Assembly: GCA_049323815.1 (NCBI GenBank) | Contig: JBMOOB010000020.1 | Coordinates: 20,184 to 84,183 of the forward strand | DNA from: Pseudomonadota bacterium | Lineage (GTDB): Bacteria > Pseudomonadota > Alphaproteobacteria > Sphingomonadales > Sphingomonadaceae | Length of the DNA: 64,000 nucleotides | Reading direction: 5' to 3' | Shown here: positions 39,027 through 47,838 of the stretch, piece after piece | Layout of the letters: each line of letters opens with the position of its first letter | Numbering within the stretch: the stretch's first letter is position 1 | Notes under the pieces: generated by a model | The model's database searches: none | Told to the model about the DNA's origin: nothing | The model's input: only the letters and a program-made list of their open reading frames with translations | Made by a program: the position numbers and the translations under genes

Positions 39027-40065
39027 GCATCGTCTCCTCGAAATGTTGACCGAAGGTGCAGTCGGGGCCCAGCGCATGGTGCAGCACATGCTGCGCAATC
39101 GTGGCACGATGCTGCGCGGGCGTGCCCCAGGCCTGGCCGAGCGCGAGCGCGCGCTTCAGCACGAAATGCACATCGACTTCCCAGCTATATCCCATCGCGC
39201 CATGCACCTGCACGGCGGCATGGGCGGCCACGTCGGCGGCGGCGGCGGCGGCGATCTTGGCATGCGCGATGCGGACGCCGGCATGCGCATCTGCCGCCGC
39301 AAGCTGGGCGGCGGCGGCGATCACCACGGGCCGCGCGAACGCCACCCTGGTCTGCGCCGTCGCCAGATGGTGCTTCACCGCCTGGAACGATCCGATCGGC
39401 TTGCCGAACTGCTGGCGATCCCTGGTGTACGCCACCGACAGGTCGATCGCGCGCTGCGCCAACCCCAAGAGCTGCGCGGCGGCATAGAGTGCGCCGCGAT
39501 CACGCATCGCGTCGAGCATCGCGCGCCCTTCCTCGCCATCGGCGATGCGCGTGCGCGCCTCGGGCCGCCAGTCGACCGCGAACAGGCGGCGGAAGGGATC
39601 GAAGCTCTCCTCGCGGCGCAGCGTCACGGCATCGGCGGGGACCAGATGGACTTCATGCCCGTTCGCCAGGATCAGCGCGGCGGCGGTGTCGGCATCGGCG
39701 ACGAAGGGATTGACCGGATGGCCGACCGCCACCGTCTCGCCCGCCACCGCGCGCGCCAGCCAGTCGCCGGTCAGCATCGGCACCGCGACGCCGGCATGTT
39801 CGACCAGCGGCTCGGGCAGCGCCGCCGCGCCGCACGCGATCGCGACCAGCGCCATCTCGACCGGCCCCAGCCCCGCTCCGCCGGCGCTTTCGGGCGCGGC
39901 AAGGCCGGTCAGCCCCATCTCCACCAGTGCCTGCCAGCGCGCATCGTCGCGCGCCGCGCCGCTGTCGAGCAGGCGGCGCAGGTCGGCGCCGGTGCAGATC
40001 TCGCCCAACAGGCCGGCCACGGTTTCGGCCAGCATTTCCTGTTCCTCGCCAAGGCGGAATTCCAT
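39013..40065 (-). CDS. Acyl-CoA dehydrogenase, short subunit (FadE32/ScdM-like)
   Basis: MEFRLGEEQ.., about 350 aa, IGSFQAVKHHLA, VQVHGAMGYSWE; lacks the C-terminal Glu motif, as in alpha2beta2 ACAD partner subunits. Confidence 0.82.
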   Translation of the reverse strand: MEFRLGEEQEMLAETVAGLLGEICTGADLRRLLDSGAARDDARWQALVEMGLTGLAAPESAGGAGLGPVEMALVAIACGAAALPEPLVEHAGVAVPMLTGDWLARAVAGETVAVGHPVNPFVADADTAAALILANGHEVHLVPADAVTLRREESFDPFRRLFAVDWRPEARTRIADGEEGRAMLDAMRDRGALYAAAQLLGLAQRAIDLSVAYTRDRQQFGKPIGSFQAVKHHLATAQTRVAFARPVVIAAAAQLAAADAHAGVRIAHAKIAAAAAADVAAHAAVQVHGAMGYSWEVDVHFVLKRALALGQAWGTPAQHRATIAQHVLHHALGPDCTFGQHFEETMLEPA

Positions 40066-40069
40066 GCCG

Positions 40070-41233
40070 CTATCCCCTCGGCAGGCCGAGCATCCGCTCA
40101 GCGATGATGTTGCGCTGAATCTCGTTCGCGCCGGCGTAGATCGGCCCCGCGAGCGAGAAGACATAGCCGTCGAGCCAATGGTCGACCGCGCCCGACGCAT
40201 CGGGCGCCGCCGCCGTCAGTTCGGCCACCGCACCCAGCAGCGACAGTGCGGTGCGGTGCAGCGCCAGGTCCATTTCCGACCAGAAGATCTTGTTGGTGCT
40301 GGTTTCCGGCCCGATCGCGCCGCCCGCCATCAACCGGCTGGCAGTCGAATAGATCGACAGCGCATAGGCATCGGCGTCCATCCACGCCTGCAGCACCGCC
40401 GCGCCCAGCGCGGGGTCGGCATCGGCGCCGCGCGCGCGCCACAGATCGACTAGCTTCGCCGCCGCGACCTGGAACCGCGCGGGGCTGCGCAGCATCAGCC
40501 CGCGTTCGAACCCGGCGGTCGACATGCACACCGCCCAGCCCTCGCCTTCGCCACCCAGCCGGTTGGCGGTGGGCACGCGGACCTCATCGAGGAAAATCTC
40601 GGCGAACACCGGCTTGCCGTCCAACCGCGCGATCGGGCGGATCGTCACGCCCGGGCTGTCGAGCGGGAAGAGGATCAGCGACAGTCCCTTGTGCCGCTCG
40701 CTGCCCGGCGCGCGGAACAGCCCGAACGCCCAGTCGGCATAGACGCCGCGCGACGACCATATCTTCTGTCCCGACAGCACATAGTCGTCGCCGTCGCGCA
40801 CCGCCGTCGAGCGCACGCCCGCCAGGTCGCTGCCCGCGCCCGGCTCCGACCATGCCTGTGCCCAGATATGGTCGCCCGCCGCCATCGCGGGCAGGAAGCG
40901 CGCCTTCTGCTCCTCGGTCCCATATTCGATCAGCGTGGGGCCGAGCAGGAAGATGCCGTTCTGGTTGACGCGCAACGGCGCGCCCGCGCGATAATATTCT
41001 TCCTCGAAGATCAGCCAGCGGATCAGGTCGAGCGCGCGGCCGCCATAATCGACGGGCCAGGTCACCATGCCCCAGTTGCCCGAATGAAGCGTGCGTTCCC
41101 ATGCGCGATGCGCCTCGAACCCCTCGCGGCTCGAATCGAAATCGGGCAGCGGCCCCGCGGGCACATGTTCGGCCAGCCATTGGCGGATTTCGGCGCGGAA
41201 CGCCCGTTCGGCGGGGCTGTAGCGAAGGTCCAT
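40070..41233 (-). CDS. Acyl-CoA dehydrogenase (FadE31/ScdM-like)
   Basis: LIFEEEYYRAGAP, IWAQAWSEPGAGSDLA, GQKIWSSR, IYAGANEIQRNIIAERMLGLPR; resembles recalled mycobacterial FadE31. Confidence 0.85.
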   Translation of the reverse strand: MDLRYSPAERAFRAEIRQWLAEHVPAGPLPDFDSSREGFEAHRAWERTLHSGNWGMVTWPVDYGGRALDLIRWLIFEEEYYRAGAPLRVNQNGIFLLGPTLIEYGTEEQKARFLPAMAAGDHIWAQAWSEPGAGSDLAGVRSTAVRDGDDYVLSGQKIWSSRGVYADWAFGLFRAPGSERHKGLSLILFPLDSPGVTIRPIARLDGKPVFAEIFLDEVRVPTANRLGGEGEGWAVCMSTAGFERGLMLRSPARFQVAAAKLVDLWRARGADADPALGAAVLQAWMDADAYALSIYSTASRLMAGGAIGPETSTNKIFWSEMDLALHRTALSLLGAVAELTAAAPDASGAVDHWLDGYVFSLAGPIYAGANEIQRNIIAERMLGLPRG

Positions 41234-41237
41234 CGCG

Positions 41238-41987
41238 TCAGAACTCCGCCCGCTCGCCCGAACCGACAAAGGCGTCGCGCGCCTTCTGGCTGTCCTCGTG
41301 CAAATACATTTCCAGCGTGAAACCCTGTTCGAAACGATAGCCATGGTCGACGTCGCGCGGTTCGATGCCGTTCAGCGCCTCCTTGGCGATGGTGAGCGCC
41401 TTGCGGCTCTTCGACGCAATGACGCCGCAGAAGGCACGCGCTTCCTCGACCAGCCGGTCGCGCGGCACGATCTTCTCGACCGCGCCCAGCCGATATGCCT
41501 CGGCCGCGTCGATGCGCCCGGCGGTGAAAAAGGTCGCGCGGACCTTCTGGATCGGGAACATGCGCATCAGATGGCTGGCGCCGCCCATCGCGCCGCGATC
41601 GACCTCGGGCAGCGAGAAGAAGGCGTCGTCGGACGCGATCACCACGTCGGACGCGCCGCAGATGCCGATGCCCGATCCGATGACGAAGCCGTGCACCGCG
41701 CTGACCACCGGCACCTCGCAGTCGCGCACTGCCTTGAACGTGCGGTAATTGCCGCGATTGAGCCAGGTGATCCGTTCCGGATGCGCCTGCATCTCCTTGA
41801 TGTCGACGCCGCCGCAAAAGCCGCGCCCCTCGCCCCGGATCAGCACGCAGCGGACCTCGGGATTGCGGCCAAGGTCCTGGATCAGGTCGGGGACCTGGTT
41901 CCACCCGTCGCTGTCGAGTGCATTGACCGGCGGGTGGTCGAACACAATCTCGCCGATGCGGTCGCGGATGTTGGTGCGCACGGGCAT
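41238..41987 (-). CDS. echA20: Crotonase-family hydrolase EchA20/ScdY-like (steroid ring D opening)
   Basis: DHPPVNAL, RGEGRGFCGGVDIKEMQ, FSLPEVDRGAMGGASHL; closely resembles recalled EchA20 and sits in the same gene context. Confidence 0.8.
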   Translation of the reverse strand: MPVRTNIRDRIGEIVFDHPPVNALDSDGWNQVPDLIQDLGRNPEVRCVLIRGEGRGFCGGVDIKEMQAHPERITWLNRGNYRTFKAVRDCEVPVVSAVHGFVIGSGIGICGASDVVIASDDAFFSLPEVDRGAMGGASHLMRMFPIQKVRATFFTAGRIDAAEAYRLGAVEKIVPRDRLVEEARAFCGVIASKSRKALTIAKEALNGIEPRDVDHGYRFEQGFTLEMYLHEDSQKARDAFVGSGERAEF

Positions 41988-43084
41988 CAGGCCAGGGTCC
42001 CGGAGTTGGCGGATGGCAGGACAGGTGCGCCGGCCAGCGCGGCGATCCGCGCGCGGGCATCGCGTTCGATGGCGCAAAGCAGCTCGGCGACGCTCGGCAG
42101 GTCGGCCAGTCGCCCGGCGACCTGGCCGGTCGCCATCAGCCCCGCATCGGCATCGCCTTCGACGACGGCGCGCTGGATGCGCATCGGCGCCGCCGCCGCG
42201 CGGATCGCCTGCGCCAGCGACAGGCCGTGCGCGTGCATGCCGCGCGCCGAATGCAGCAAATCGCTCCAGGACGCGCCGGTCCGGCGCTTCATCTCCAGCC
42301 CCGCCGCGATCGCGTCGCGCCAGCCGCCCAGCATGCCGCCGCGCTCGATCCGGCGCAGCGCCGCGTTGCGGATCATGCGCTGGGGAATACCGTCTACGTC
42401 GGTCGTCACCGCGATGTCGTCGGTCGCGGCGGCGACATAACGCTGCTTGACTGCATCGGGCACCGGGCTTTCGCGCGTCATCAGAAAGCGCGTGCCCATG
42501 GCGATGCCCGCCGCGCCGAATGCCAGCGCCGCCGCCAGCCCGCGCCCGTCGGCAAAGCCACCCGCCGCGACAACCGGCGCCGACACGGCATCGATCACTT
42601 GCGGCAACAATACGGTCGATGCGACCGCCCCGGTATGGCCACCGCCCTCGCCGCCCTGGACGACGAGCATGTCGACGCCCATCGCCACCATCTTTTGCGC
42701 ATGCTTGACCGCGCCGACCGTGGGCACGCAGGCAATCCCCGCGTCGCGGAACCGCGCGATCATCGCGGCATCGGGCCCCCGGCCGAAGCTGACCGCGCGC
42801 ACCCGGTCGCGATTGGCGAGGATCAGTTCGACCAGCTCGCCCGCGCCCGGCTGGAACATATGGAAATTGACGCCGAACGCGCCCGGGGTCCGCGTACGCA
42901 CCTCGGCGATGCGATCGGCCGCGACCCGCGGCGTCATCACCGCCGCGCCCAGGAATCCGAACCCACCCGCGTCGGTCGTCGCCGCCACCAGCGCCGGTTC
43001 CGCGACCCATCCCATCGCGGTCTGGATCACCGGCAACCGACAACCGAGCAGCGCCGTCATCGGCGTGGCAAGCGCGTCGGTCAT
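41987..43084 (-). CDS. ipdC: IpdC/ScdK-like flavoprotein (nitronate monooxygenase family)
   Basis: PVIQTAMGWVA, AFGVNFHMFQPGA, QGGEGGGHTG, AAGGFADGRGL, MGTRFL. Confidence 0.8.
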   Translation of the reverse strand: MTDALATPMTALLGCRLPVIQTAMGWVAEPALVAATTDAGGFGFLGAAVMTPRVAADRIAEVRTRTPGAFGVNFHMFQPGAGELVELILANRDRVRAVSFGRGPDAAMIARFRDAGIACVPTVGAVKHAQKMVAMGVDMLVVQGGEGGGHTGAVASTVLLPQVIDAVSAPVVAAGGFADGRGLAAALAFGAAGIAMGTRFLMTRESPVPDAVKQRYVAAATDDIAVTTDVDGIPQRMIRNAALRRIERGGMLGGWRDAIAAGLEMKRRTGASWSDLLHSARGMHAHGLSLAQAIRAAAAPMRIQRAVVEGDADAGLMATGQVAGRLADLPSVAELLCAIERDARARIAALAGAPVLPSANSGTLA

Positions 43085-43965
43085 GATTCCCCGCGCTTGT
43101 TCGCGGCGGCCGCGCTCTTGCCTGTCACCCCCGCCAACGCATGGCCGGTGGTCAGGTCGTTCTGGGCATGCGCGAAATGATGCATATGAAAGACTGCGTC
43201 CATCGCGGTCCGCTTGCCGCGCAGATCCTCGACCTGGTGGATCGCCTGCTTGGTCAGCCACATGCCCAGCGACGCCTGCGGCACCAGCTTCGCCGCCATC
43301 GCCGCCGCCTCGTCGCGCAGCGCGTCGCGCGCGACGACGCGATTGACCATGCCGAACGACGCCGCGCGGTCGGCGCTCATCCGCTCGCCCAGCAGCAGGA
43401 ATTCCTTGGCGATGCGCGGCGGCAACTCAAAGGCATGGGCGAAATATTCGACGCCGGGAATGCCCATCATCGTCGACACCGGGTCCTGGAAGAAGGCATC
43501 TTCCGACGCGACGATCAGGTCGCAGACCCAGGCGAGCATCAGTCCCCCGGCGATGCACGCGCCCTGCACCATCGCAATCGTCGGCTTGGGCAAGTCGCGC
43601 CAGCGGCGACACATGCCCAGATAGACTTCCTGCTCGCGTGTATAAAGGAATTCCGCGCCCGGCCGTCCGACATGATCGGGCAGCAGATGCGCGCGATCGA
43701 AGCTGCGCGTCACATCGCGGCCCGGCGTGCCGATGTCGTGCCCGGCGGAGAAATGCTTGCCCGCGCCGCCCAGCACCACCGCCTTCACCTCGCGATCGTC
43801 GACCGCGCGCCGGAAGGCGGCGTCGAGCGCATAGGTCATCTGGCTGTTCTGGGCATTGTGGAACTGGGGTCGGTTCATCGTCACCCAGGCGACGCCCTCC
43901 GCCACTTCATAGAGGACCGGCGTGTCGGTTTCGTACACGACTCCGGGCGCGTCGGCGTCGCTCAT
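43081..43965 (-). CDS. Enoyl-CoA hydratase EchA13/ScdN-like
   Basis: MNRPQFHNAQNSQMTYALD, KHFSAGHDIGTPGRD, YLGMCRRWRDLPKPTIA, MGIPGVEYFAH. Confidence 0.82.
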   Translation of the reverse strand: MSDADAPGVVYETDTPVLYEVAEGVAWVTMNRPQFHNAQNSQMTYALDAAFRRAVDDREVKAVVLGGAGKHFSAGHDIGTPGRDVTRSFDRAHLLPDHVGRPGAEFLYTREQEVYLGMCRRWRDLPKPTIAMVQGACIAGGLMLAWVCDLIVASEDAFFQDPVSTMMGIPGVEYFAHAFELPPRIAKEFLLLGERMSADRAASFGMVNRVVARDALRDEAAAMAAKLVPQASLGMWLTKQAIHQVEDLRGKRTAMDAVFHMHHFAHAQNDLTTGHALAGVTGKSAAAANKRGES

Positions 43966-44048
43966 CGCGCGCGCCTTTCCGCACAACCGCCGCTGTCGGA
44001 CCGTCGACCGATCACGCCCACTCTCCTGTGTCTATCTGTTCTGCAAAT

Positions 44049-44077
44049 ACTATCTTTTACAGCTTTGAGGGCGTCAA
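44049..44077 (-). promoter_or_regulatory. Candidate internal sigma70-type promoter (TTGACG-N17-GATAGT) overlapped by the dyad TTGA-N5-TCAA
   Basis: AT-rich island upstream of the echA13-like gene with canonical 17-bp spacing. Confidence 0.45.
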
Positions 44078-44188
44078 GCGCGGCGCGATCCAATCGCCAT
44101 ATGCGAGAGTTGCCGATCCGCTATCGGACGACCCGTCCGCGAGGCCCGATGGCAAGGCAAAGCCGCGAGCGAGCGAGCAGTGCCACTG

Positions 44189-44260
44189 CCGTCTTTGCGA
44201 GCGCAGCGAAGCAATCCATGGACGCGGCACTGGATTGCTTCGCTGCGCTCGCAAGGACGG
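44189..44260. repeat. Palindromic repeat family A, copy 3 (most intact)
   Basis: CCGTCTTTGCGAGCGCAGCGAAGCAATCCA-12 nt loop-TGGATTGCTTCGCTGCGCTCGCAAGGACGG; 30-bp stem with one G-U pair. Confidence 0.85.
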
Positions 44261-44287
44261 CGGAGATTGATCGAGCCCCCCGACACG

Positions 44288-45085
44288 TCACGCCGCGCGG
44301 CGGTCGCCCGGCGGATCGCCCTTCAACAGCGTCGCGCGGATATTGTGCGGATCGAACCGGCGGATCACCGCCAGCGCTTCTTCGGTCGGCGCGGGGGTAA
44401 GCGGCGGCTCGCCGTCGACCAGCACGTCGAATCCGGTGTTCTCGCGCACCTGCTCCACGCTGATGCCGGGGTGCAGCGATACCAGCCGGATCGCATGGTC
44501 CGGCCCGCCGAAGTCCATCACGCACAGGTCGGTGACGATCAGCCGCAGGTCGAGCCCCAGCGGCTTGCGCCCGCCCGGCCAGCGCGCGGGATTATATCCG
44601 GCGGAGCAGACATAATCGACTTCGCCCGCGACCAGGCTGCGCTTGCTGTGCATCGGAATGAAATAGCTGTTCGGATGATTGACGCTGTTGCCCGGAAAGC
44701 CACGCGCGCCCAGCAGCGCCGCCTTGGGCCGGTCGTGGTCGCCGATCACGCTGATGTTGGTCTGGCCGAAACGGTCGATCTGCACCGGCGACACGAACGC
44801 ATGGCGCCGCCCGCCCCACAGATTGTCGAAAGTGCGCAGATAGGGCGCCCAGCCCTCTACCACCGGCTGGAAGTCGCCGCGCGGGCCGATCGGCACCGGT
44901 TGGTCGACCAGCGCGTTCTCCGCATCGGTAATCATCAGCGCCGGATTGAACGTCGCCTTGGCCAGGCTCGCCGCGAGCCGGGGAATCGGCGTGATGCCGG
45001 TCGCCAGCCATTCGGGGTAGCCGCGCCACGCCTCGGCGCAGGCAGCGATGAGCAGTTCGGATAGCGTGTAGGACGTGGCGGTCAT
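44288..45085 (-). CDS. ipdB: CoA-transferase-fold beta subunit IpdB/ScdL2-like
   Basis: MITDAE, WGGRRH, QIDRFGQTNIS, GARGFPGNSVNHPNSY, VTDLCVMDFGGPDH; matches recalled IpdB. Confidence 0.85.
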   Translation of the reverse strand: MTATSYTLSELLIAACAEAWRGYPEWLATGITPIPRLAASLAKATFNPALMITDAENALVDQPVPIGPRGDFQPVVEGWAPYLRTFDNLWGGRRHAFVSPVQIDRFGQTNISVIGDHDRPKAALLGARGFPGNSVNHPNSYFIPMHSKRSLVAGEVDYVCSAGYNPARWPGGRKPLGLDLRLIVTDLCVMDFGGPDHAIRLVSLHPGISVEQVRENTGFDVLVDGEPPLTPAPTEEALAVIRRFDPHNIRATLLKGDPPGDRRAA

Positions 45086-45102
45086 CGCGCTTCCCCCCGG
45101 TT

Positions 45103-45978
45103 TCAATAAATCGCCGGCGGCAGCGCGCGGACCGCGTCCGCGCCGCCGACCGAGCCAAGATAGACGGCATCGTCGACATCGACATGCGCCGCGCGATAGG
45201 CGGCCCAGGCCTCCGGGCTTTCGGCGGCGGCCGCATAGGTCTTCAGATGCGTGAGATCGAGCGCATAGTCGGGCGCGGCGCTGGTCGGATGCGCGCCGAA
45301 CGGCGCCTCCGCCACGCCCGCGATCAGCGACCGCTCGACCAGGTGGAAACGCGCGTTGGCGGGCAAGTCCAGCTCGGGCGTCTTCACCAGCCTTTCGGTC
45401 GTGACGAAGGCGCGCGTCGCGGCGCGCGCCATCAACTCGTCGAAAAAGGGGTCGAGCGACAGCGTCAGCACATTGCCCTTCTCATCGGCGCGATGGACGT
45501 GGAGCAGCGCGACATCGGGCTTCAGCGCGGGCATGGCGAGCAACGTCTCGCCATCGTCGAACGGGCTGGTGATCGTGCGCAGCTCGGGCGCCTCGGCGAT
45601 GGCGGTGCCGATGCCGACGCGCGTGGGCAGGAAGGGCAGCCGCATCGCCGCCGCGCGCAGACCCCAGTGGAGCATGCCCTCGTCCATTTCCCACACCGGC
45701 AGCCCGGCCTGGCGCGCCGCCTTGAAATGCGGCTCGATCGGAATGTGGTCGAGCGAGACGAAGGCAAAGATCAGCTTTTTCAGCTTGCCCGCCGCCGCCA
45801 GCATGCCGACGTCCGGGCCGCCATAGGCGATCACCGTCAAATCCTTCAGGTTCGACCGGGCGATGGCGCGGATCAGCGCCATCGGCTTGCGCCGCGTCGC
45901 CCAGCCGCCGATGGCGATGGTCATTCCGTCGGACAACTCTCCCACGATCTCTTCGACGGTCCTGCGCTTGTCGAGCAC
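45103..45978 (-). CDS. ipdA: CoA-transferase-fold alpha subunit IpdA/ScdL1-like (steroid ring C hydrolase)
   Basis: GTG start; DKRRTVEEIVGELSDGMTIAIGGWATRRKPMALIRAI..YGGPDVG..FVSLD..EMDEGM..AMRLPFLPTRVGIG. Confidence 0.87.
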   Translation of the reverse strand: MLDKRRTVEEIVGELSDGMTIAIGGWATRRKPMALIRAIARSNLKDLTVIAYGGPDVGMLAAAGKLKKLIFAFVSLDHIPIEPHFKAARQAGLPVWEMDEGMLHWGLRAAAMRLPFLPTRVGIGTAIAEAPELRTITSPFDDGETLLAMPALKPDVALLHVHRADEKGNVLTLSLDPFFDELMARAATRAFVTTERLVKTPELDLPANARFHLVERSLIAGVAEAPFGAHPTSAAPDYALDLTHLKTYAAAAESPEAWAAYRAAHVDVDDAVYLGSVGGADAVRALPPAIY

Positions 45979-46148
45979 GGCGCGGGCATCCTTTCCAAAT
46001 GCATCCTGTCGCACGAGGGCGCGCGACAGGGCCGGCGATGGCGGCCGACCTCCCCAAGTCGCCTCCACCGCCGAACCGGTTATACAGTGCCCGGTGGCCC
46101 GCCCGCACGTGCCCCACCCGCGCGGATCAGCACCACCGCCGGTTCCGT

Positions 46149-46514
46149 TCAGGCAAGCGCGACGCGGACAATCGCCGAGGCGCAAATGTGGTCGCGATCA
46201 CGCCCGACCACCTGCACATCGACGAAGCGGCTGCCGTCCAGGTGCCGCGCATAGACGCGCCCTGTCAGTTGCATGCCGTCGCGCGCGAATGTGCCGGGCC
46301 CCAGCACGCGGCCCAAATCGGCATGCGCGCATCCGGCCCAGGCGGCCACGCCCAGCCGGGCACGCTCCGCCCAGTCGGCGCCGGCCACGGCATCCCCGTC
46401 GAATTCGACGATGTCGCCGAGCTTCACATCGGCGAACCGCCGCCGCTGCCGCATCGACCATCCCCCTAGCGGACCGGCCGGGCGGGTGCGCCGCCGGGCC
46501 TGGCCCTGCGTCAC
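46149..46514 (-). CDS. Truncated/degenerate MaoC-type hot-dog protein (ChsH1-like)
   Basis: GTG overlaps the upstream TGA (alternative ATG at 46454). RRFADVKLGD..AAWAG..LTGRV..VDVQVVGRDRDHICASAIVRV resembles the ChsH1 C-terminal half; no D-x4-H hydratase motif. Confidence 0.55.
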   Translation of the reverse strand: MTQGQARRRTRPAGPLGGWSMRQRRRFADVKLGDIVEFDGDAVAGADWAERARLGVAAWAGCAHADLGRVLGPGTFARDGMQLTGRVYARHLDGSRFVDVQVVGRDRDHICASAIVRVALA

Positions 46515-47662
46515 GCGACTTCCGCCACCGCAGGCATGGCCTCGATCGCCGGCACCGCCGCCGATTCGAAGCCATAGAGCTTCTCGGCGTTGCCATAGAG
46601 AATCGCCGCCTTCGTCTGCGCCGGAACACCCGACATCGACGACTGGATCACGCGCCATGAATAGGGATAGTCGGCGCTGATGTGCGGATAGTCGGTCGAC
46701 CACAGCACACGCTCCGGATTCATCGAATCCAGGTTGTTCAGCCCAAAGCTGTCGGTCATGTAGCCGAAGTAGAAATGCTCATCGATATATTCGCTGGGCA
46801 GACGCTTCAGGCCGAAATGGCTGACCTTTTCCAGCCGCTGATAGTTGTTGTCGATCTGCTCCTTCACATAGGGCACCCAGCCGAAGTCGACTTCGGCGAA
46901 GGCCACCTTCAGGTTCGGGTAACGATCGAACACGCCGTTGAAGATGAATTCGATGCAGCGATTGGGCGCATCAAAGAAACGGCCATATCCCGGCAGCTTC
47001 GCCTTGTGCGGCGACGGCTTGTAGATGCCCAGCGCGACATGGATGTTGAAGCTGACGTCGCGCTCATGGATCGCGGCCCACAGGTAATCCTCTTCCGGCG
47101 ACATGACCGTCGAACCGTTGGGATAGGCCTGCGCCATCGCCGCGCGCATGCCGGGGCGGCCGAGCACGCGGTCGAGCTCGGCAACCGCCGTCCTGGCGCC
47201 GCCGCGATTGGGCAGGAACACCAGGCCGCAGAAACGGCTGGGGTCATAGGCGACATATTCCGAGACCCAGTCGTTATACGCCTGGACCAGCGCGATATGA
47301 AGTTCCTCGTCCTCGATCAGCGCCATCGCGGCCTGGACTGACGGCGTCGGGTACATGACTTCGGCGGTCACGCCATCGCGGTCCTGTTCCTTGATGCGTT
47401 CGGCCGGGTCCCAGCCGCCCTTGCGCATGTCTTCGAAGCGCATCCACGCCTTCATCTCCTCCGGCGGCAGGCCGGCGCAGGCGTTCCAGCCGAAATTGCG
47501 CGGTCCATCCAACCCTTCGAAGATCCAGCCGTCGCCTTCCTCGAAACTTTCGATCCGGGGCGCTCGGTCCTTGAATTTCGCGGGGACTCGCTTGGTGAAC
47601 AGGTCGCCGGGTTCGTTGAAATGGCTGTCGGCCGAAACCAGCCGTCGGGCTCCAAGTGGCAC
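46511..47662 (-). CDS. Amidohydrolase_2 family metalloenzyme (hydrolase/decarboxylase/hydratase-type)
   Basis: VSADSHFNEP, EQDRDGVTAEVMYP, FNIHV, AEVDFGW, LWSTDYPH. Confidence 0.88.
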   Translation of the reverse strand: MPLGARRLVSADSHFNEPGDLFTKRVPAKFKDRAPRIESFEEGDGWIFEGLDGPRNFGWNACAGLPPEEMKAWMRFEDMRKGGWDPAERIKEQDRDGVTAEVMYPTPSVQAAMALIEDEELHIALVQAYNDWVSEYVAYDPSRFCGLVFLPNRGGARTAVAELDRVLGRPGMRAAMAQAYPNGSTVMSPEEDYLWAAIHERDVSFNIHVALGIYKPSPHKAKLPGYGRFFDAPNRCIEFIFNGVFDRYPNLKVAFAEVDFGWVPYVKEQIDNNYQRLEKVSHFGLKRLPSEYIDEHFYFGYMTDSFGLNNLDSMNPERVLWSTDYPHISADYPYSWRVIQSSMSGVPAQTKAAILYGNAEKLYGFESAAVPAIEAMPAVAEVA

Positions 47663-47703
47663 AGGCTCTCTCCTTGCTATCTTTTATATGATGAACGGGA
47701 TTT

Positions 47704-47717
47704 TTGACTCGAGTCAA
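47704..47717. promoter_or_regulatory. Perfect 14-bp palindrome TTGACTCGAGTCAA
   Basis: Lies in the AT-rich divergent region heading the long minus-strand operon and the nitroreductase; has FNR/FixK-box geometry (TTGAY-N4-RTCAA). Confidence 0.6.
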
Positions 47718-47838
47718 GCATCCATCGCAATTTTCCAGCACTAAACCGAGTTCGGCGCGCAACCGACCCGAGGGGCCTTTCCTCGCTTTACTAATAAAGA
47801 TAGAAAGTGCAAGAGATCCGTACTTGGGAGAGAGACAG

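Noticed and set aside
43962-44015. 17-codon GTG-initiated mini-ORF overlapping the echA13-like start
   Set aside because: The downstream gene has its own SD (GGAAAGG), the peptide has no attenuator-like codon run, and chance occurrence is likely.
45103-46185. N-terminal extensions in ORF-track proteins (e.g. IpdA from 46185, ACAD from 25825, MFS from 18099/5332, thiolase from 56187)
   Set aside because: The extensions are low-complexity, cross intergenic or repeat DNA and lack an SD. Internal starts with an SD and family-typical N-termini were used instead.
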